Assembly: GCA_963664815.2 (NCBI GenBank)
Contig: CAXXHB010000003.1
Location: 2,752,001 to 2,816,000, forward strand
DNA from: Spirochaetota bacterium
GTDB lineage: Bacteria > Spirochaetota > UBA4802 > UBA5550
Length of the DNA: 64,000 bases
Reading direction: 5' to 3'
The stretch's first letter is position 1. The number at the start of each line of letters is the position of its first letter. A program made the position numbers and the translations under genes. Below are positions 58,926 to 64,000 of this stretch, piece after piece. Under the pieces are notes generated by a model that ran no database searches, was not told the DNA's origin, and saw only the letters and a list, made by a program, of their open reading frames with translations.

Positions 58926-60221
58926 TTATTTTTTCAGCGGCGGATTATAATACCCGAGTCTGAGATCCGGATACTTTTCCCTCAGCATTTTAACAAGATT
59001 TTTTATTCCAATTGAATCCTCATCTGCAAAACCGGTTTTATCAAAATAATAATCCGGATCAATATTCATATTCCGGGTCTGTATCATTGAAACCGGATAT
59101 TTTTCAAGAAACCTGACAAGGCTTTCAACCTCTCCCAGGGAATCGGTAAATCCCGGCATAAAAAAAAGGTTTATTGATACAAATATATTATTTTCAAGTG
59201 AAGTTTCAATTGTTTTCATAACATCACTAAATCCATAATTAACCGGACGATGATATGCAGTATAATATTTTTCAGTTGGCGAACTTAAGCTTACCCTTAT
59301 TGAATCAAGACCTGAAGAGATAAGATCCTTAACGATATCAGGTCTTGAACCGTTTGTATTCAGGTTAATTGTACCCCGTCCGGTTTTGTTCCTTGCCATT
59401 TTAATTGCTTCTGCGAGATCATTGCCCCTGAGTAAAGGTTCACCTTCACATCCCTGCCCGAAACTTGCGACTCCATACTCCACCCTCTCAAGATGATGAG
59501 CAATAACCTGTGATATCTCAGAAGCATCGGGGGCAAAATCAAGCCTGAACTGCGACTGGCAGAAACCGGATTCCTCCTCCTGAAATGAAAGGCATCCCAG
59601 ACAATCGGCATTGCACGCCGGACTTGTGGGCACAGGGCATTCATATCTCCCCATAAAAAAGTTCCTTGCACACAGGCAGTTATATTCCGTGGAGCATATG
59701 CTCAGCTGGTTAACAAGTCTGTTTTCAGGAAACATTTCCCTGGTTTTCTTTATCCCGCGTTTAAGACCCTTATGATCCTCATGAAGCAGCGGATCAGACC
59801 TTGGATCCTCATCAATTCTCAATGCCGGGACATAGAATTCATCTTTATAAAGAACAACTCCGCAATAAGCCCACAGTGGAAGAGTAACTGATCTGTTTTT
59901 CCTTTCATATGCCGGAAGTTTTGTCCGCAGGTAACCTGAAGCGAGAAATGCCGAAACTGCATTAATGGGACCACCATCAGGAGTTTCCTTTATGCACCTG
60001 AAACCGTTACCGGTTGATGACACAGGAAACCTGTCCGGAAGAGTAAACATATAGCTTCCATAGGGGAGTTTAATAAGTTCATCCACATCAGCATCCATGA
60101 ACCTGTAACCGGACCTGAACGCGCCGGCAGCATCCGGATAATCATATATATTACCCTGCTTTTCATCCCCTTCCATTTCTGAAAAAAGCATAATGCATTT
60201 CTCATTTTCACCATGCTTCAT
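58926..60221 (-). CDS. Radical SAM protein
   Basis: CNADCLGC (CxxxCxxC), SFGQGCEGEP, NTNGS. Confidence 0.88.
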   Translation of the reverse strand: MKHGENEKCIMLFSEMEGDEKQGNIYDYPDAAGAFRSGYRFMDADVDELIKLPYGSYMFTLPDRFPVSSTGNGFRCIKETPDGGPINAVSAFLASGYLRTKLPAYERKNRSVTLPLWAYCGVVLYKDEFYVPALRIDEDPRSDPLLHEDHKGLKRGIKKTREMFPENRLVNQLSICSTEYNCLCARNFFMGRYECPVPTSPACNADCLGCLSFQEEESGFCQSQFRLDFAPDASEISQVIAHHLERVEYGVASFGQGCEGEPLLRGNDLAEAIKMARNKTGRGTINLNTNGSRPDIVKDLISSGLDSIRVSLSSPTEKYYTAYHRPVNYGFSDVMKTIETSLENNIFVSINLFFMPGFTDSLGEVESLVRFLEKYPVSMIQTRNMNIDPDYYFDKTGFADEDSIGIKNLVKMLREKYPDLRLGYYNPPLKK

Positions 60222-60442
60222 TTTTGATTTCCTTTACAGATTCTGTATTCAATATGCTTTATCATAAGTGACAGATGCTTCTGTTCTTTTTTTAATCTTT
60301 TATACGCTGTATTATGCCTTATTTCAGCAATAGTATAATCTTTTCCAGTCATAATTTTTTTCAACTCAAGCCGCCTTAACCTGACTTCACGCCACCTGCT
60401 GCGGAGTTTATCCCTTTCCGGCACATAACATTCAGGTTTCAT
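60218..60442 (-). CDS. Small basic hypothetical protein
   Basis: ATGA overlaps with both neighbours. Confidence 0.6.
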   Translation of the reverse strand: MKPECYVPERDKLRSRWREVRLRRLELKKIMTGKDYTIAEIRHNTAYKRLKKEQKHLSLMIKHIEYRICKGNQK

Positions 60443-61494
60443 GATATCTCCCGGTATGATTTAATTATATTATTCAGCTTTCGTGTATTTACGGCAATTT
60501 CTCCATCTTTATATAATGCTGAAATCACAGAGATAGATGAGACTCCGGCCTCCATCAGAACTCCTGCGTTCGATTCTGAAATACCCCCGATAGCAACAAC
60601 AGGTTTATCGGTTTTACTGCATATTTCTCTTACAGTATCAACCCCTATTCCACCGAGCATCGATCCGTCTTTTGAATACGTCGTGAATACCGGTCCTGCT
60701 GCTATATAATCTGCCTCCAAACCGGCTTCAGCCTCTTCGGCACTGCATGTGGATATCCCTGTAATAAGCCCGTTACCCGATAATGATTTCAGCATTGAAA
60801 CCGGAATATCATCCTGCCCTACATGAATTCCGTGAGCATCAGAAAGCATCGCTATATCAATACGATCATTTACTATAAACAATACGCCGTTATTCCTGCA
60901 GACTTCTGCAATTTTCACTGAGGCTGAAAGATACTCTCTGTCAGAAGCATTTTTCATTCTGAGCTGAATTATATCGGCGCCGGATCCGGCAAGTATCCGC
61001 GAAGTCTCTTCCATTAGTTCAACAGTAACAAATGCCGAATCAATGATTGCATAGAGTGAATACCTGAATTTATCCATCAATGCTTTTTTCCCGAGTATAA
61101 GCCATCCCGTTTTTTCAAGATCGTAGAGAGCAAACCTTATCTCCTGGATTCCGCCAGCAATATCCGGATGAACACTCTTTGAGAATTCCTCTATTACTCT
61201 TGCAGCCTCAATGGCTCTCCGGATATTTGATCTGAATAAATCTTTGATTCCCTCGCGCTTCAACTCTGATGAAGTATTCAGAAATTTCTGTTCATCTTTT
61301 AAAATATCCCTTGCCATCAGAAGATTCCATGATGGTATCAGTGAAAAAAGACCTGCTATTTTATGGCGAAGGTTTTTAAAATCAGCTGAAACTATGTTCT
61401 TTACACTGAATCTGAATATGTCCTCACAGACTCTTATCCCTTCAATACACCTGTTCAGATTCGCGTCGATGGCTGAATAAATTTCCTGATTCAT
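60439..61494 (-). CDS. thiE: Thiamine-phosphate synthase with N-terminal helical extension
   Basis: IDANLNR..EGIRVCED extension; QLRMK, VNDRID, HVGQDD, AIGGI. Confidence 0.9.
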   Translation of the reverse strand: MNQEIYSAIDANLNRCIEGIRVCEDIFRFSVKNIVSADFKNLRHKIAGLFSLIPSWNLLMARDILKDEQKFLNTSSELKREGIKDLFRSNIRRAIEAARVIEEFSKSVHPDIAGGIQEIRFALYDLEKTGWLILGKKALMDKFRYSLYAIIDSAFVTVELMEETSRILAGSGADIIQLRMKNASDREYLSASVKIAEVCRNNGVLFIVNDRIDIAMLSDAHGIHVGQDDIPVSMLKSLSGNGLITGISTCSAEEAEAGLEADYIAAGPVFTTYSKDGSMLGGIGVDTVREICSKTDKPVVAIGGISESNAGVLMEAGVSSISVISALYKDGEIAVNTRKLNNIIKSYREIS

Positions 61495-61732
61495 TTATCT
61501 CCCCTTCTGTAAAAATCGTATAAAGATCCGTCATTCTGTCTGCTGTTCCTGAAAACTGCTTTATTCATAATTCACTGATAATCTGCTGCAACTGATAAAT
61601 GTTTTTTAAAATAAAAAAGAGATTCCACATCCGAAGAGTTGATGCTGCTTTGAAATACTGTTTGTTGAGCCTGCCGTTACAGCGGTTTATTAAATACTTT
61701 ATTGACACCCATGACTGAACATGAAGACACTT

Positions 61733-62452
61733 TCAGCTCCAATGGTATATCAGGAGTGAGGGTAGAATAACCGCCGCTGTTTCCGCCCTGAGATGAGTAG
61801 CCCCGAAGTTTACAGGCATCCATCCTTTTCCGGAGGCAGCATGAATCTCCTGATCGCTGAATCCCCCCTCAGGGCCTATGATAATACTTACAGACTCAGG
61901 CTTGTCAGATGCCGATAAATAATCATGTAACTCTGTTAATGCCCCCGGATGTGCAATAATCTTCATTGCAGATTCATCTCTGCCGAAAATATCCGGAAAT
62001 GGTAACGGATAATCGATTTCCGGCATATTGCTTCTGAAACACTGTTTGGCCGCACCGTCTATTATTTTATTCCAGCGCGCATGCTTTTCTTCAATCTTCT
62101 TCCCCGGATCAGGGACTGTACGTGAGGATATAATGGGTATAATGCGGTTTACTCCGACTTCAACAGCCTTCTGAATAACAAATTCAAAATTGCCCCCTTT
62201 GATCAGAGCCATGTAAAGAGATATATTTATAATTGCAGGATTTAAACCAGTTTCACTTATTATCTTCAGGTTAATCTCCGATTTTCCTATACCGGTAATC
62301 CGCGCCGTATATCCCTTACCATCCTCAGATCTCAGTCTCAGTACATCTCCGGTTATAACTCTTCTTACATTTACAAGATGATGGTAGTCTTCATCTCTTA
62401 TAACGGCTTTGTCTCTGTCAAAATCTGATGCTTTAATAAAAAACTGCGGCAC
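61733..62452 (-). CDS. rsmE: 16S rRNA m3U1498 methyltransferase
   Basis: HHLVNVRR, QKAVEVGV, IGPEGGFS, LRAETAA. Confidence 0.95.
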   Translation of the reverse strand: MPQFFIKASDFDRDKAVIRDEDYHHLVNVRRVITGDVLRLRSEDGKGYTARITGIGKSEINLKIISETGLNPAIINISLYMALIKGGNFEFVIQKAVEVGVNRIIPIISSRTVPDPGKKIEEKHARWNKIIDGAAKQCFRSNMPEIDYPLPFPDIFGRDESAMKIIAHPGALTELHDYLSASDKPESVSIIIGPEGGFSDQEIHAASGKGWMPVNFGATHLRAETAAVILPSLLIYHWS

Positions 62453-62453
62453 T

Positions 62454-63215
62454 CTATTCCCCCAGCTTTTCCGGTCTGAAAATCTCCCCCTGATATTTTA
62501 TGCTCTCCTCAAACTTCAAATAGCTTAAAATAGTAACGGTTCCATCCTTGATATTAAGCATATCATAGCGGATCGGGATAATCCGGCCATTCTTCTCCAT
62601 TGTCTTTGCAAGAGACTGGAATTTGAATATAACCTTATCCCTGTCATGATAATCTATCCTCAGAGGAAGATACTGATCCATTGAAACAAACATTGTAATC
62701 AGGCCGTATTCACTGCTGTCAAAAATCGGTTCAAGAGAGAGTTTATAACACTCGATCCCTTTTATAAGAGTTTTGTCTATGATCCTGGCATTGTAATTAC
62801 TCTGGAAATCAGAGTTGGAGAGATCAATAAAAGAAAAGTTTGTAGACATCAGGCTGTCATATTTATCAATACCCATCTTGTGAAACAGTTTGACCGAGTG
62901 GATATTATAAACCCATATATCCTCTCCGCTCATATTGTAGAGTACCTTAAGGCTCTCTCCACGGGCAGCGCTGCTGAAGAAAAAGAGAAAATCATTCCTG
63001 GAAATATTCCCCTTTAAATCAATGTCGAATGATTTGCCATCCGGGAAAATATGTTTCATCCTCCCCTGAATCTCACCTTCAGGATACTGCATAATTCTGT
63101 CCACTCTTGCAAGAATCCCCTGCGCTGTTATCTCAACAGTATCCTTTTTCTGGGAGTAAACCGGAACGGATATTACTGCTGCAATTGTTAAAATTGTTAA
63201 AAAAAATCTGTTCAT
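62454..63215 (-). CDS. Outer-membrane lipoprotein-sorting (LolA-like) protein
   Basis: Signal peptide; DIWVY, STNFSFIDL, PLRIDYHD. Confidence 0.7.
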   Translation of the reverse strand: MNRFFLTILTIAAVISVPVYSQKKDTVEITAQGILARVDRIMQYPEGEIQGRMKHIFPDGKSFDIDLKGNISRNDFLFFFSSAARGESLKVLYNMSGEDIWVYNIHSVKLFHKMGIDKYDSLMSTNFSFIDLSNSDFQSNYNARIIDKTLIKGIECYKLSLEPIFDSSEYGLITMFVSMDQYLPLRIDYHDRDKVIFKFQSLAKTMEKNGRIIPIRYDMLNIKDGTVTILSYLKFEESIKYQGEIFRPEKLGE

Positions 63216-63227
63216 CTTTCCAATCAG

Positions 63228-64000
63228 TTATGCTTTTCTTTTCATGAATAAGCCGGTGAAATATGGTAAAGTTATATTTCTTCCGTCAAGTTTATAAATT
63301 TCACTTAAAATTCCGCTGTTTTCTTTTATAAATTTCTCCACTCTTTCCGAATCTGAATATCCATAAAGCCCGGTGATATGTTTTTTTATCTCGTCAATAT
63401 TATAATCAAAGTGTTCTATCCTGCCCTTAACGAAAGTGAAATCTTTCAGATTCATAAATGTTTTCAGGTCATCTTTAAGATAAAAATCATTATGAATCGG
63501 AGAGATAATTCTCATCAAATCGTCATATGTTCCCTCAACATCATCATCATCAAGCACTATGCCTGCGAACATGAAAAGAGCATCAACATGCAGCGCTCTT
63601 TTAAATTCATCCATTACAGGTGCTGTTTCCTGAAAATCAAGATTATCTATTGAGATTATGAGATCAGCAGCATAATAATCCACAGGCAGACTGGTGAACT
63701 CGCCATTGACAAAACCAATATCTTTTATTTTCTGGTTGTCGTTATTCTCATTTATAAAATCTTCAATAATTCTTAATGATGGTTCAACAACAACCAGTTT
63801 AATATCTTTTTTTGTATTTATCAGATCAAGCACAATCCTGCCAGATCCAAGGCCGACCTTGACAATAATTTTCGGTTTATATGTGTCAATTACATCATTG
63901 ATCTTTTCCATGATCATTTCATGTCTGGAGGGTGGTTCAATAAAAAATACATTCCCATACTCATAAATACTCCATTCCTGAAGCTGTTTTAATCTATCCA
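63228..64000 (-). CDS. SAM-dependent methyltransferase-like protein (5' end outside window)
   Basis: VGLGSG and VVEPS motifs; frame stays open from 63917 to the window edge (DRLKQLQEWSIYEYG...). Confidence 0.65.
   Translation of the reverse strand, partial: DRLKQLQEWSIYEYGNVFFIEPPSRHEMIMEKINDVIDTYKPKIIVKVGLGSGRIVLDLINTKKDIKLVVVEPSLRIIEDFINENNDNQKIKDIGFVNGEFTSLPVDYYAADLIISIDNLDFQETAPVMDEFKRALHVDALFMFAGIVLDDDDVEGTYDDLMRIISPIHNDFYLKDDLKTFMNLKDFTFVKGRIEHFDYNIDEIKKHITGLYGYSDSERVEKFIKENSGILSEIYKLDGRNITLPYFTGLFMKRKA

Noticed and set aside
61495-61732. TPP riboswitch upstream of thiE
   Set aside because: No CTGAGA or ACCTGA core motifs found on the minus strand

Overview
Bacterial window, probably from a spirochaete. 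This is inferred from the OmpL47-type, BspA-like LRR and SH3 surface proteins; there is no rRNA marker to confirm it. It has two halves. (1) 1-~34,400 is a defence and toxin-antitoxin (TA) island, almost all on the minus strand. Its core is one co-oriented block: hsdM, two DUF559 genes in palindromic cassettes, hsdS, hsdR, four AT-rich uncharacterised genes (a large helical protein, two PD-(D/E)XK-like proteins, a nucleoside-deoxyribosyltransferase/TIR-like protein), mcrB, hicAB, mcrC. After this come mrr, a DUF488 pair and about ten small TA modules, most with broken toxins. The island also holds a degraded ghost mcrB-TA-mcrC locus, four copies of a leader plus 43-bp hairpin array, a WYL-regulator remnant, an IS701-like element and an IS1182-family element. 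(2) ~34,450-64,000 is ordinary chromosome: surface and lipoproteins, c-di-GMP genes, a class I adenylate cyclase, queG-like, corA, a radical SAM gene, thiE and rsmE. No CRISPR-Cas, integron integrase, tRNA or rRNA was recognised. All family calls come from motifs read by eye, not from database searches.
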